Below, piece by piece: positions 17,862 through 31,339 of a stretch of DNA of 64,000 bases. The stretch is from the human T2T-CHM13v2.0 reference genome, Homo sapiens. The position numbers and the translations under genes were made by a program. Position 1 is the stretch's first letter; each line of letters starts with the position of its first letter. Under the pieces are notes generated by a model, which saw only the letters and a list, made by a program, of their open reading frames with translations, had not been told where the DNA came from and did no database searches. The DNA is taken from assembly GCF_009914755.1 (NCBI RefSeq), contig NC_060929.1, one strand, 5' to 3'.

Positions 17862-19631
17862 TTAACCAGTCAGCTCGTTAAGGAGTTCAGCTCTGTCAAG
17901 TGGACAGTCTGAGACTCCTTTTTCCTCCCTTTTTATCCTTCCTTGGCTCTCTGCTGGCCTATTTTGGTAAACAGAAACGCCACGTGGTTGGAAATGTCCT
18001 CTCAACAACATAAAATGTTAAGAACAATTATGGGTTCTCTAATGAATTTTTCAGAATCATCATTGCTCAAAGACAGAAGCACAGTACATTTTTCAAAAAT
18101 GACCTTGATCCATTAGTAAACTTGTGTGAAGTTGTGCTGTTGCACTGGGCCTTGAACCCTTTGAGAGGTAAACAATCCACTTGGAGATTGTGTCCACCCA
18201 GGCTGAATTTCTGCTGAGGGCCGAGATGGAGACAGACAGGGAGTGCTAGTTGCCCTCAGGGCAGTTACAGGACAGAGGCAGCAAGGCTGCCTAGACCAGC
18301 CTAGAGGGGAGAGAACAGAAAGCCTTTCTGAGTGAGGCTGTGCCTGAGTCCGGAAGAACAATGCCAGCTGGCCACATGACACCAAAGGGAGGCTTGGGGG
18401 CATGGGGAGCAGGAAGAGGAGTCAGTATAAGCAGAGTCCGGAGGTGGGGACACCCCGGTGCTGGGTGCTTGCACAGCCACAGCCTGCAGATGCAGGGCAG
18501 AGGGGTGGGGGTGGGTCTCCTTGTCCTGCTGATGCTCTGGCTCGTTTTGTGGGGCAGGAAGGAAAGTTTTGGATGACTTGCATAGAGCCAAATGGGTAGC
18601 TGGGTTTTTTGCAAAAGCAAGAAAGGAAGACAGTGAGGGCAAAAGAGGAAAGGAAATGGGGAAGGAAAATATCTTTCTATATTCTTTTTTCAGAGTGCGA
18701 TTTATTTTTATATCGTGGGTCCGTTTTGTTTGATCATTTTTAGCATGCTAAAATGGTATCATTATATCATTTAAGCATGACATACATGCCTATGCCATTT
18801 TGAGATGTTAATGATTCATTTCACTACGATTCACAAGTGGTGGTGTCTTTATTTGATTGTGCTGCAGTCGGCATCGTTGCTTCCCTCCACATTGCCTCTT
18901 GGGGTAATTCTTTCGATGTAACTAGGAACATCTTCCTGTATACTTGTTTTGCAATACTACTTTAATGTATTCAGCCAGCAAGAACAAATAAGCATTGCCA
19001 AGCATTTCCATTTTTTCTTCATTGAAGTTCATCATTTTTCTCTGTTAATGAGTTGGTGATAAGGTCCTAAGAAGTATTTTTTCTCTTTTTGTTGAAGAAT
19101 GTGCACAACTGGAAAGGCTTAATGTCATGATTATTTTGCTAAAAATTCTTATGTAGGCTAAAATCATTATTAAGCTCACAAATGAGCTATATTGTTCTCT
19201 TGTTAGCAGAAGATATTCGTTGGAGAGGTACATTGTGCTAAGAACTAAAATTGCAAACCCTGTTTAAGACTGTTTCTGACATTACAAGGCAATGTCACGT
19301 GATTCTAGTATGAAAATGCAGACATGTGCCAGCACATGGTAGCTGCTTGATACATATTCATTGCAGAAGTAAAAGTTATAGCCAAAACGTTTTGTCATCA
19401 CTATAGTCTGGCCTGATCTAGCTTTAATAGCAAGAACATTGGTCTAATCTGGAGTGACTGGAAGGAAAATCCCTTCTTAGCTCAGAGGAGTGATCTCCTG
19501 CCATAGGAAGGTTTATGGTCATTTCCGACAGTTTGAAAAATTCTGAATAATAAAATACTGGGAAAATTGGCCAAGAGTTAAAGGAAACAGTGGATGTTAC
19601 TTGATCATGATCTTACTTCCCTTCTCTTTAG

Positions 19632-19790
19632 GAAAGTGAGGGATGCTACTGGAGTTGATATCAACATGCGCGTGGGCGTGCATTCTGGGAATGTCCTGTG
19701 TGGCGTGATTGGTCTGCAGAAGTGGCAATATGATGTGTGGTCACATGATGTGACCTTGGCCAACCACATGGAAGCTGGAGGGGTCCCTGG
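19632..19790 (+). CDS. ADCY2: ADCY2 exon (~8), C1a core
   Basis: ctctttag|GAAAG...CCTGG|gtaagg; (K)[52 protein letters not shown](G); 159 nt. Confidence 0.97.
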
Positions 19791-20593
19791 GTAAGGCCAA
19801 GCATTGGATTTCTTTCTTCAAGCAGGCAGAACTATTAGGAATGACAGATTATCAGCCTAATGACGGAGTGCTCAGTTTTTGATCACTTCTGTTGCCTCTG
19901 TTGGTATCATGTTACTCACACCCAACGGCCTCTTATGTTAAGCAGATAAAGATGAGCTCTCAAGTCCCTGCGTCACGACCCCGTTGTCCATAGTTCAAAG
20001 ACTGTGAATATCAGACAGTAAATTACAAACTTTTACTTATTTGCAAATGTATGAATAGAGATCTGATTTAAAGATGTTTTACAAAACAGTCCAGATATGG
20101 CATCTGTCTAGAACTGTTGACCTCTAAAACCATTATATTAAAATAAGTGACTACAGCATCCTTCTCTGGGGAGAATAACGTATTTCAGTCAAGAGAATCT
20201 TTATCAAGGGCTGTAGTTTAGAGAAGCACGAGAGCAAGCACTGAGAAAGAAAGTCTACATTATTATACGGATTAGCATACTTCCTAAAATGCCCATGACA
20301 TACATTTCAAAGATATTCTCATAAAAATTCAAGATAATCAAGTTGTATTTGCTATAATTCACCACACCCACCATGCAGGTTTCGGTGAGTGCAGAGAAGC
20401 TCCAAAACTAGTAGTGCACGACCTCTAAGAGCATCTTTCCAAAGCAGTGGTCAATAGAATATAAACTTTAATTGCGGTCAGTGCTCCTAAGAACTTTAGT
20501 GGATAAATTATTTCAGAAATCATGAGCAAATAGAAACCTTTCTTCACACTTATCCTTTTATGTCTTGACTGTGATTTTAAAATGCAATTTCAG

Positions 20594-20726
20594 ACGTGTT
20601 CACATTTCTTCTGTCACCCTGGAGCACTTGAATGGCGCTTATAAAGTGGAGGAGGGAGATGGTGACATTAGGGACCCATATTTAAAACAGCACCTGGTGA
20701 AAACCTACTTTGTGATCAACCCCAAG
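20594..20726 (+). CDS. ADCY2: ADCY2 exon (~9), end of C1a
   Basis: aatttcag|ACGTG...CCCAAG|gtcagt; (G)RVHISSVTLEHLNGAYKVEEGDGDIRDPYLKQHLVKTYFVINPK; 133 nt. Confidence 0.96.
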
Positions 20727-21379
20727 GTCAGTATCATTGTAAAGAGTCTATGATGAAAAGGGAGGAGGAGCAAATTATTGATATTCATAAGTGTTTTTAG
20801 TCAATATCCAATATAATTCTTTGCTACTCTTTGTCCCCAAAATATTTTAAATGCATATGGTGGTTTAATTACAGAAGATGTTTTGTAATTATGAATTCAA
20901 ATACTTATTAAATGAGCAGTTGAAATGCACTGCTTTTCTGCAGGGGTGTTGATGCAGGTTGCTAGTTCAGGCTGTCATGTGTGTTAGTCGGTGTATTCCT
21001 TGGTGGATGCTGCATCTGAAAGCCTCCCAGTGGGCACAGCTGTTGATACCTGTCAGTTGGGAAATTAAATAAAGAGAAAATGATTGACTTAGGGCTTTAG
21101 AAGATAAAAATCCAATTAAGTAAAATAGGATGAACATATACAAAAAAAGAAGAGAAGAAATATTTGAAAGATTAACACATAAATATTACATAGACATGCT
21201 TGCGAGATTGTCTGTATGCACAAGCATATTTACCTTCCGTAACATAAGAACATCTACTGCCTGAGATGATCCACCCCATACAAACAGTGAGAAACTATCT
21301 CTTATTTCATTCACACCACATTTAGGCCAGATCAAGGGGCTTAGAGTTCTCATTTCTTTTAACCCTTCTCAAATTCCTG

Positions 21380-21495
21380 CCAAATGGGTATTATCACTAT
21401 TTACAGATTAAGAATCTGAAGCTTTCAGGGGTTATGTAATTCTTCCCAAATTACACAGCTGGTAAATGGTGCAAATATCAGCAAGAAAGACCTCT
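21380..21495. mobile_element. MIR fragment
   Basis: MIR core-like tttacagattaagaatctgaagc...cccaaattacacagctggtaaatgg. Confidence 0.6.
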
Positions 21496-22098
21496 GAACC
21501 ATGAAAACCAATATCATAAAATCAACAAGATCAACTTTATGGACATTTACTTATGGTAGCATCTGGGAAGCCCCAGTTTCACCTTTGAAGACAAACTTTC
21601 AACTAGCTTGATGATCGATCTGGAGATAGATGTGTGGCAAGCAGCAGGGACTGGGAGATGATGGACGGGGGAAGGCTCAAAAAATACATGTACAAAGAAC
21701 ATTACGTTCAGGTAAAGAACACCAAAACACGATGTTTGGGGCTATGTAGCATTAGAAACAGCACTACAGTTATCACTTTAGAAAAACACAACCATCAAGA
21801 AAAAGCTAAACAGATCAGCACATTCTGTTTTAAGAATTTACTTAATAAAAAATGTCCATTAACATATCATTATTTTTTTCTAAGTCTCAATTACATGTAT
21901 GTTTTGCTAGCTGAAAAAAGATTCCCTCAACTCAAATAGTGTGTTCCCCAGTAACGCTGAAGGAATAAGGACAGAAAACACAGAGGGCGAATAGAGGGCT
22001 GTCAGGAGGAATGACCCTAGTCCAATGAGGTCGATGCCAAAAGGATCATGTGTGGCCCTGTGCTGTGCCAGGTGTGATGCTTTGTTTCTCACCCCAAG

Positions 22099-22275
22099 GG
22101 AGAACGACGGAGCCCCCAGCATCTCTTCAGACCTCGCCACACCCTTGATGGAGCCAAAATGAGGGCCTCGGTCCGCATGACCCGGTACTTGGAGTCCTGG
22201 GGGGCAGCCAAGCCCTTTGCACACCTACATCACAGGGACAGCATGACCACAGAGAACGGCAAGATCAGCACCACG
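22099..22275 (+). CDS. ADCY2: ADCY2 exon (~10), C1b with PFAHL motif
   Basis: ctcaccccaag|GGAGAA...ACCACG|gtatgc; GERRSPQHLFRPRHTLDGAKMRASVRMTRYLESWGAAKPFAHLHHRDSMTTENGKISTT; 177 nt; AAG acceptor. Confidence 0.93.
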
Positions 22276-23239
22276 GTATGCCCTCCCCTGCCTCCAATGC
22301 CTGAGCACTGGGGGAAAGCTAACTTCCCAAAACCAAAGGCTGGGCATCTCCTGCCAAAATAACTCCTTTCTGTAAGAAACAAACTTATCACCTTCTTCTT
22401 CTCAGAGAGGCCCTTATGAACAACCATCAGGGTATGAGTGAGCTCCATGCTGACATTGCTAAGGGTTCCACCCTAGCGTGATTTTGCATTATAGCTTCAT
22501 AACCCAAGACAGTGCTATTTACAACTGATAGTAGCAATTAAATACAACTATTTATTAATTGAGGGGTTTTTTAAGAAAAACTTCTATCATGAAGTAGAAA
22601 GCCTTGAGGTTCTTAATAAAAAGACAAAGGCATGATGCCCTTGGAGTTTAAGTAGTATCATCAAGCCCATTTCTTCATTGCCCAAATGTCCAGGCTGTGT
22701 GGGCAGCAGTGGATACTATCTTGTTATGGTTCCATGTTTCCCTGCGACCTCCAGCATATGAGAAAGCTCCTTACACCAGGGACATCTGCGATAAGATGGC
22801 TGCAATGGAGAAGGAAAATAGAAAGGCCCATAGGAGGAGAGAAAAGTAAATACAACCAAGCACTTAGGATAATCCCCATAGTATTTTTAGATTTTAAAAC
22901 TATCTGGGGGTAAAATTTCATGTATAATGCTATTAAATGTGCTAAGGATGCAGTTACAGCTTTTTAAAAATACAGTATTACATAATTCTTATTGTCTGAT
23001 GAGAAGGAACATGCCAGTTGTCAGGTGAAAGTGGAGTTTTTCAGTCGCCCTGGGCCCCCACCTGTCCCAAGGTCTCAAAGTGACACTCCCACTCCCAACA
23101 GGCAGGGGCTCAGCATTTATGTTTTGGCTTATTTATATTTCTTCTCCCAACTTCTCTTCATCTTTTTTCAACTAAAAAGTAAATGTGACTATCAGACGGA
23201 AGACCATGACCCATCAGACAATCCGTAAGATTGCACAAG

Positions 23240-24180
23240 TCCTAGCACTTGCATTTTAATAGCAAAGGAGGGACCATAGATAGAAAAATAAATAAATGAA
23301 CAAGATCATGTGAGGTGCTGATGAGGGCCATGAGGAAGATAAAATTTAGTGATGGCATCTGGAGTGAATGGGATGGCCACTGTAGTAGGTCAGCTGAGGG
23401 AGTCTCAGAGGGAGAAATGAGTGAATAGGAAGAGGAGGTGGCAGAAGAACAAAGTCAGTGGCGCAAAGATGAAAGTGAGTGTGGTGTCCCCTGGAGACAG
23501 AGAGGAAGCTGCTGTGGCTGGAGCATCATGAACAATGAGCAAAGGGAGGTCATGGGGTGAGATGCACCACGGTAAATTTTATATTGCATTCTGTGTGCAA
23601 TTGGAAGTCATGGAGAATCTTAGCAAGGGAGGGTCATGATATAATTTAGGCTTTGGAATAATGGAGCAAGACTGCAGGGGTCCCCGGTGAGAATGATACC
23701 CCCTTATTCTAAGAGTTTAGCAGTGGAAGCAACGAGAAGCAAATTCAGGGGCTAACGTGAAAGTAGAGCCAATAAGACTTGGTGATGGATTGGATATGCA
23801 TGAACATTAGGAACAGAGATGAATCCAAACTTTTTGGCCCCACAGCTGGAACAATGATGATGCCATTAATTGAGATGACAAATACAAGGGGGAAACCAGA
23901 TTATTTAAGATGGAAAATTAAGACTTTTCTGCTGGACCGCTTCTAACCTATAGTTAAGTGCAGTGAGGATGTAGACGGTTGGATCTGCAAGTCTAGAACT
24001 CACGGGACAGGTCCAAGATGGAGGCATGAATGTGAACGTGATCAGGTTGTAGATGACATTTGAAGCCATGAGACTAGATAAAATCATCAAGAAGAGAACA
24101 ATCCAAGGTGGGAGGCCTGGGGCAGCTGGGGCCTTCCAGCATTTAGATCTGTTAGAGAAACAGCATCCTAGGACTCCAGT
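23240..24180 (-). mobile_element. L2 fragment
   Basis: Purine-rich reverse L2 motifs (gaagccatgagactagataaaatcatc; gatgccattaattgagatg). Confidence 0.7.
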
Positions 24181-25743
24181 ATCCAACCAGTGAAAGCCTA
24201 TGTTTCTGTCACTCATGAAAAACAGTAATTTGGATAAGTTAGCCTCAGTCTTGCTAGTTAGTGCTGTGTCTGATAACTCCATTTCCCATTGGGATTTATT
24301 GTACATCAGCAATTGGTTGGTTGGTTGGTTTTTAAGGAATAAGAATCATATATAAATAGTCGAATGTGATTTCCTGTGCTGTTTTTCATGTGTTCCTGCG
24401 GGGAAAAGGCTTACTTTTCCAGGTATATTGTTGTTGTTGTTTATTTCTTATCAGCCTTTATTGTCTTAAGACTTAAGAGTGACTGTCTCTTTTATTATCT
24501 GAGCGTAGGATCCAGGAATGGTTTCAGTCTGACTTTAATCTGATGCTATGTGTTGATGAAGATGCCTTCTTCAAGATATGGCCAGAACTGTTGAGTGCCT
24601 CAACTTCAGAAATTTGTTTATAAAAATCAAAGGACCTCTTGAACGAACTCTATTTTCTTAACCGTCTGGTCCCACCTGTTGCAGATTCAAAGCCAGGCTT
24701 GGATTGCCTTAGTAGCAGTATAGCATACTTTAAGAAAGCCCCAAGTTTTTGGTGATGCATTAAGCCCAAACCACTTTGACTTAACTGTGTGTCTCACTCA
24801 CTTTCAGAAAGACCTCACTGGAGTTTTCACTCATAAATCCCAGGGTCAAACAACTGACATTGCTGAAAGTGATTCCTTTATCTAATCCCCTATACAGAAC
24901 TCCATTCACTCTTGATTCAACATTGATAGAGCTCTTGAATAATACAGTACTTTACTGTATGGAATGAAACTTGGAGCTCAATCACTTTTTCAAAAAAATC
25001 TTTCCTTTCCGTAGGCTAAATCCATATCTTAATATAACCTTGGAAATGAAAGCAGCAAACCAAAGTTTCTTTGGAGCAGTTTTGTTCCAACTTTTATTTT
25101 CATTCCCACTATAAATGTGTAAAGGCAATCTTTCCTTGAAAGCCTATTATTGAATATTTGACAGTGGCTTTTCCACTTATAAATTCTGTCTCTCTTCCAT
25201 TTCTCTTGGGAACTACCAGCGCTCCTTTGCCGATTTCTTCATTTTGTCCAATGGTTTGTGATTTCACATACTTAACCAATGGTACTGTTTCTTAACGCCC
25301 CAGTTCAGTGATGGGGATGACTACAGATTTTGTGGTTATATTTTTGTTCTTTCTACAGCATTTTCTAATATTTGTCTGATACCAAAGTCCATTTTCACAT
25401 GGTCATAGGTTACTGATGGTAACTCTGATATCAGTCGCCGGCAGGCCACTGTTTGAAATCAGATCTGATAATACGGGCTATAAATCTTAAAACTCCAGAC
25501 AACAATCCTCATGCTTCTAGCATCCAGAGTTTAGAGATTACAGCAACATTCCAAAGATAAACTGAGTTTACAACTTGATTCACATTTAGGATTAAGCTCT
25601 TTTTCTCCACATGAGTAATTAATTATTTGTTAGTTAAATGTTACTGTCCATGATAAAAGAGGAAATATGTTTCACCTAATTATCATTGCAACATTCTTCT
25701 TGAAACATGTTTTGACAATTAATAACCTTTTTTCTCAATATAG

Positions 25744-25787
25744 GATGTACCCATGGGTCAGCATAATTTTCAAAATCGCACCTTAAG
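25744..25787 (+). CDS. ADCY2: ADCY2 small exon (~11), C1b
   Basis: ctcaatatag|GATGTA...TTAAG|gtatgg; DVPMGQHNFQNRTL(R); 44 nt; needed to bridge phase 0 to phase 2. Confidence 0.9.
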
Positions 25788-26116
25788 GTATGGTATCTCT
25801 CTATCTGATTTTTTAAAGCTTATTGCTCTTTATTCATTTCTGAGAGTAATTATCATCAATTATGGTAATTTCAAGGGCTACTTCTGAAAGAGCAGCTCCC
25901 CCTGAAAAGCCCTATTAAATTGCTTTCAGCTTCTAAAAATAGAATCATTGGGGTCTTATTGTTAGAATTGAGAGAGGGAGAAAGAAAACACCACCTGGTA
26001 CTCATTTTAGAATGTTAAACTGTTTTCCTAAAGAGACTCTTCTTAATATTAATGTGTGGTAAAAAAAAAAGTGAATTGTCTTAAAATGGGTATGTTGCTT
26101 ACAATTACATTTTTCT

Positions 26117-26409
26117 GCCTGTAATCCCAGCACTTTGGGAGGCTGAGGCGGGTGGATCACTTGAGATCAGGAGTTTGAGACCAGCCTGGCCAACATAACA
26201 AAACCACGTCTCTACTAAAAATACAAAAAAAATTAGCTGGGTGTTGTGGCATATGCCTGTAATCCCAGCTACTCGGGAGGCTGAGGCATGAGAATCACTT
26301 CAACGCGGGAGGCAGAGGTTACAGTGAGCCGAGATCGTGCCACTACACTCTAGCCTGGTCGACAGAGTGAAACTGTGTCTCAGAAAAAAAAAAAAAGAAA
26401 AAGAAAAAA
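26117..26409 (+). mobile_element. AluS lacking its first ~20 nt
   Basis: Starts at gcctgtaatccc; TSD ttaca(t/c)ttttct on both sides. Confidence 0.92.
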
Positions 26410-27399
26410 GTTACACTTTTCTGTTGAATTCTAAAGGTAAAAGCAGGATAAATCCAGTCTGTCTATAGTGAAATAAAGGGTTATCCACTCTGCTCAAAAA
26501 AAGAGAAAAGTTTCCCACAAATGTCTCCACACGCCCTGTCGCAGCCACCGTAAAATCCCAGGCACCAACTCCTTTTTTCCCCTGTTCCTCTATCTTTCGG
26601 GCACAGAGTTTTACTTTAATATTGGTTTGGGAGTTAATCAAATCAATATTAGGACATTCAGATAACCAGTGTAAGATGTAGTTCCAAACCCTAAGCCAGG
26701 CTTTCTTTCTCCCCAGAGAGGTCAATTTATTGGAGCTATTGATAGTTTTATAGAAACTAAGGAAAAATATGAGATCTGACCTATTTTCTATAGAAAAGGA
26801 ATTGTACCCAAGTAAAAATGAAACATAGGTTGTAACCTGCTGAAACAAGGCAACAGGGCACATTAGCCCAGGATCCTTCTAAGTGACCGTTGGGATGAGC
26901 TCTAATTTGGACTTCATGCAAAATTTGACATTTTAACATTGAGATATAACATTCATAGTCTTTATGTTATGAGGATAATTTGGTTCTTGAGCTTTTGAAG
27001 CATTATATTTAAGTGGCATATACTGTAATAAAGAGAACTTAAGCTAATTTGAGGCATATTAGAGAGCCCATAAGACACCTGGAGACAGCACGGTGCCTCT
27101 GGCCAATAAGATGCTGACACATCTATGAGCAACTGACCACAGAAATGTCACAGACTTCCTTTCACTTTATATTCATAGTCTCTTCTGTTATCTGTCTCTT
27201 CCTTCCAGCAATCCTGCTTTAAGAGTCTATTTATAGAAGTTACGATGGGTAATGTGTCATGGAACCCCAGTATTACGTGGGGCAGCGTAAGCCGGGATGA
27301 GTGCAGTCTGGAAGACAATGATAAGAAGCTGTTGTTTTTATTTGCACTAGGCTATAGAAACTCTAATTTGGTCTCTGCAGCGTTACTGCAAGGCAGAAT

Positions 27400-27545
27400 C
27401 TGTTGCCATTATCATTTTGGAAGGGAAGAAGCTGAGGCACAAAGGGATAGGAGAATGCCAGCGTCACATGGCTGGTGGAGATGAAGCCAGCATTTGTGCC
27501 CAGGCTCTGTGACCGCAGAGCACAAGTTCCTAACTGCTCTTCAGG
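27400..27545. mobile_element. MIR fragment
   Basis: cattttggaagggaagaagctgaggcacaaag...gtcacatggctggt. Confidence 0.55.
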
Positions 27546-29589
27546 CTTGCCTGCTTTAGTAAAGGCCTCTTCCATATTTATTCCATTTGTCTCTGTAGTC
27601 ATTGATCTTTGGTGGCCTCAAGGCCTCCTGGAGAGAACCCCAGTTCTGAGTCAGACTTACCCAGGATGCCCAGGCACTTCCAGGCTTTGTAAAGTGGACT
27701 GCCTCATAATACCTGTCTGAGCCTCCAGCCTGGCCCACACACTCCTGTCACATGTCCCTCCCCATGCCTGCTTAGACCTATCAGCTCAAGCAAGGTGTTG
27801 GCATGGGCCTGGGGAAGGAGCCAGGGAGACAGAATGGAGATGTGTTGGACACAGGGGTTGGGGTCCTAGAGCAGTGGGAAGGCCAATGGTGGAGCCCAGG
27901 GGAAGGCACCAGGATGGGAAGATGAGAGATGCTGGAAGTCAGAGGGAGAGAGTCCTGGAGGCAAATGAAGACTCCTGGTGGGGAGATCATCAGCCCCAGG
28001 GGACCTTATCCTCTCCATGGCAGAGGTCACAAGACTGCAGAGACAAGAAAAGTGTCTGTATGTCAAGAATTATTGTCCGGATAATTAGTGAATTCAAATC
28101 ATGCAGAAAGCATGCATTTATTGGCTACTTTGCATGTCACATTTACAGCATTGAGCTCTCTACAGGCATCATCTAATCAAATCCTAAAACAGGTTAACAA
28201 AGGCAATATCATTGTTAGCACTGGACAAAATATCGAAGAATTACATTTTCCTGTAAGCCTCAACATTCTTACACTGCTCCTTCTTAGACTTTGCAGAAGA
28301 GAAAGCCATCAAATTGAAGTCAAGAAGCTCAAGTCTAGATGTGGGACTGATAAACGTTAAATGAAGGGTCTAAGGTCCTACAGGTCTCAGCTATAAATGA
28401 GAATGTGCAAGCCACACTAGTTGCTTGGTAAAGGATTCCTTGCTTTTTTTTTTTTTTAAGGAAAATAAAAATTAATTTGCCTGCTTCAAACAACTTGGAA
28501 TTTGGTATGCTAAAACCTCTTAATTCATTTGGCTCAATATCTGTGGGAGGATCACTTAATATGATTCATTTTATTTTTTTAACCAAAACTGCTCTCAGCC
28601 TGTTTGAAGAAGACAGGGCCCGAAGGCACAAATCCACAAACAGGATGATGGAATTGGAAAACTCATCCATCTCATTAATGATAATTCTGTGAGATTTAAT
28701 TACAGATAAATGAGACTTTGCATATTTAATGCTATTCTTATCTATATGTAGAGGCAATTCTGAACTCAGGAAAGTGTGATTTTTATTCCAGATTAGATGG
28801 TCTATTCATTTGTAATCTAATCAACCATAACACACAGAATTCATGCCTAAACCATGATATAGGCATAGCCTTGTTCAGGCTAGCAGGCCGTGCTTTTAAT
28901 CTTTGCAGTGGATATTTAACTTCTAAGAATAGGTACTATTTTGGTTTTCTCCTGACATCATTCTCATGCAAATTGTCAAATTAACCTTGGAGAGCTCTTA
29001 CTATTTGGCACAATTTATTCAGCAAGTATCTTATATTATGGCTAAAGGTTATTTGCTTCTGAAACTAAGTGAGATGGTTTGCAAATAAAAGTGGAGTTTT
29101 CTGTGAATAGTGCTTTGAAAACTGAGGAGCATTTAAATACATACAATTAAGCTTTGGTATACCTGAAATAAGACTGTAGCTCTGCAAATTTTTGAGAGTT
29201 GACCAAGGAAAACACGAAAAAGGAATGACTATTTTGTCAACCAAGCCACATTTTTACAGGGGAATTTCCAGAACCAATGTATTCTTTCATAAAATAAAGT
29301 TTATGAAGGCAACAAGTCAAAAGCTAATACATCTCCTAGGAGAGAAAGTTACTTTATCTCAAACACCGAGTATATATCTTTCAGTGTTGCCTTGTAAATG
29401 CCTAGTAAATTTCACAGTGAGTGAATAAGGACACATCTTTACTATCCCAAAAACTTTAGTTATTCACTCAATCCAAAGAGTGGCTGGATGTTAATAGAGA
29501 AGAGCCTGCTCATAGGCTGTTGTTTCTTTTTCTACTTGATTAGCAGAATTAAACAGAGCTTTTGACATCATAGAAAAATAGGCTTACTG

Positions 29590-29985
29590 ACACAGAAAGA
29601 CAAATTTGGCATGTTCTCACTCATATGTGGGAGCCAAAGAAGTTTATCTCATGGAGGTAGAGAGTAGAATGATAGATACCAGAGACTATCTGGATGGGAG
29701 ATGGGTGGGTAAAGAGAGGTTGGTCAGTGGGCCCAAACTTTAGTTGGATAAACAGAATAACTTCTAATGTTTGATAGCAGAATAGGGTGACTGTAGTTAG
29801 CAACAATGTACTGTGTAATTCAAAGTAGTCAGAAGAGAGAATTTGAAATGTTTCCAACACATAGAAATGATAAATACTTAAGATAATGGATTCCCTAAAT
29901 ACCCCGATTGATCATTGCACATGCATGCAACAAAATGTCATCTGTATCTCATAAGGATGTAAAATATTATGTATCTCTAAAAAAT
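29590..29985 (+). mobile_element. L1MA-type 3' UTR fragment
   Basis: catgttctcactcatatgtgggagc...agaatagggtgact; ends ~60 nt before the exon at 30046. Confidence 0.8.
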
Positions 29986-30045
29986 TGGCTTAATATTTAT
30001 TTTACTAATAATATCCTTACCCATAATATTCCATTTTTCATATAG

Positions 30046-30126
30046 AACCAAGTCACAAAAGAAGAGATTTGAAGAAGAATTGAATGAAAGGATGATTCAA
30101 GCAATTGATGGGATTAATGCACAGAA
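30046..30126 (+). CDS. ADCY2: ADCY2 exon (~12), C1b
   Basis: ttcatatag|AACC...CAGAA|gtgagt; (R)TKSQKKRFEEELNERMIQAIDGINAQ(K); 81 nt. Confidence 0.93.
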
Positions 30127-30325
30127 GTGAGTACTTCTTTCTCTTAAATTATCTTTCATCTTTTATTATGTTCCAGTTGTATTTTATCATGGGCTCTGCA
30201 ATAGTTACCATGACAAAGCCAAGTTTCTGAGACCATTCATTCATTTCACTTCAGTTGTCCCTCAGAATAGTTTTTGTTAAAAGTATTTATTTCATCTTTT
30301 TAAAAAATATTTAATCCCTGCCTAG

Positions 30326-30529
30326 AAAATATTCCCAAGTTGATTGCTGATAAACAACCTGAGGTGTAATTGGAAAGAGGAAAATTACAGCACGATGTGT
30401 TCAGCAAGTAATATTTTTAAAAGATAGATTCTATATGAGAAAACCTTCAAATTTTAGCATATGATACTATCCATCCAAAATGCATCTGTTCTTATTACAA
30501 AATTAATGTTGAGATACCTGTGTTCTAAA
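30326..30529 (+). repeat. Local duplication A, copy 1
   Basis: Aligns by eye to 33205-33297 plus 34742-34846. Confidence 0.92.
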
Positions 30530-30959
30530 TCCTAGAAGAGAATTAGCATTGGTGAGTAATGAGAGGAAGACTGATTTTGGGGGCACAAAATGTCATTTAG
30601 CCTCTGAGGCCAAGAATTGCTGTTACGGTTTTAAATGGTCCAGAGTTGTGGGAGGAAAACAATTTGAAGAAGGTGATGGCCTTCTCAGCCTGGACAGAAT
30701 GACTGCGCTCATCACCCTTCATGTTCTCCTTGGGTACGTGTGTCATAACTGAACCCATGCAGAGCAGAAGGCACATGGCTCAGTATGGTGCCTGGTGCAC
30801 GTCAGACATTCCATTCCTGTTTGTTGAGTTGAACTGTAGTGAAAACATCAGGAGGTCCAAATGAAAAGCCTTCACAGAAAAGCTTCCATCCTTATGGAGA
30901 CCTATTTAATTTTTATCATGAAAGCTGACTCTTGAAAAGTGTAAATGATTTTCACCTAG

Positions 30960-31339
<380 letters not shown>

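Noticed and set aside
22276-22362. Read-through of the PFAHL exon into the intron (VCPPLPP...LLPK*)
   Set aside because: An open frame of 28 codons is expected by chance; sequence alone gives no evidence for a terminal exon
26411-26863. 150-aa minus-strand ORF (also 23905-24312, 43795-44277, 60947-61441)
   Set aside because: No recognisable domains, several overlap decayed repeats, and the lengths fit chance
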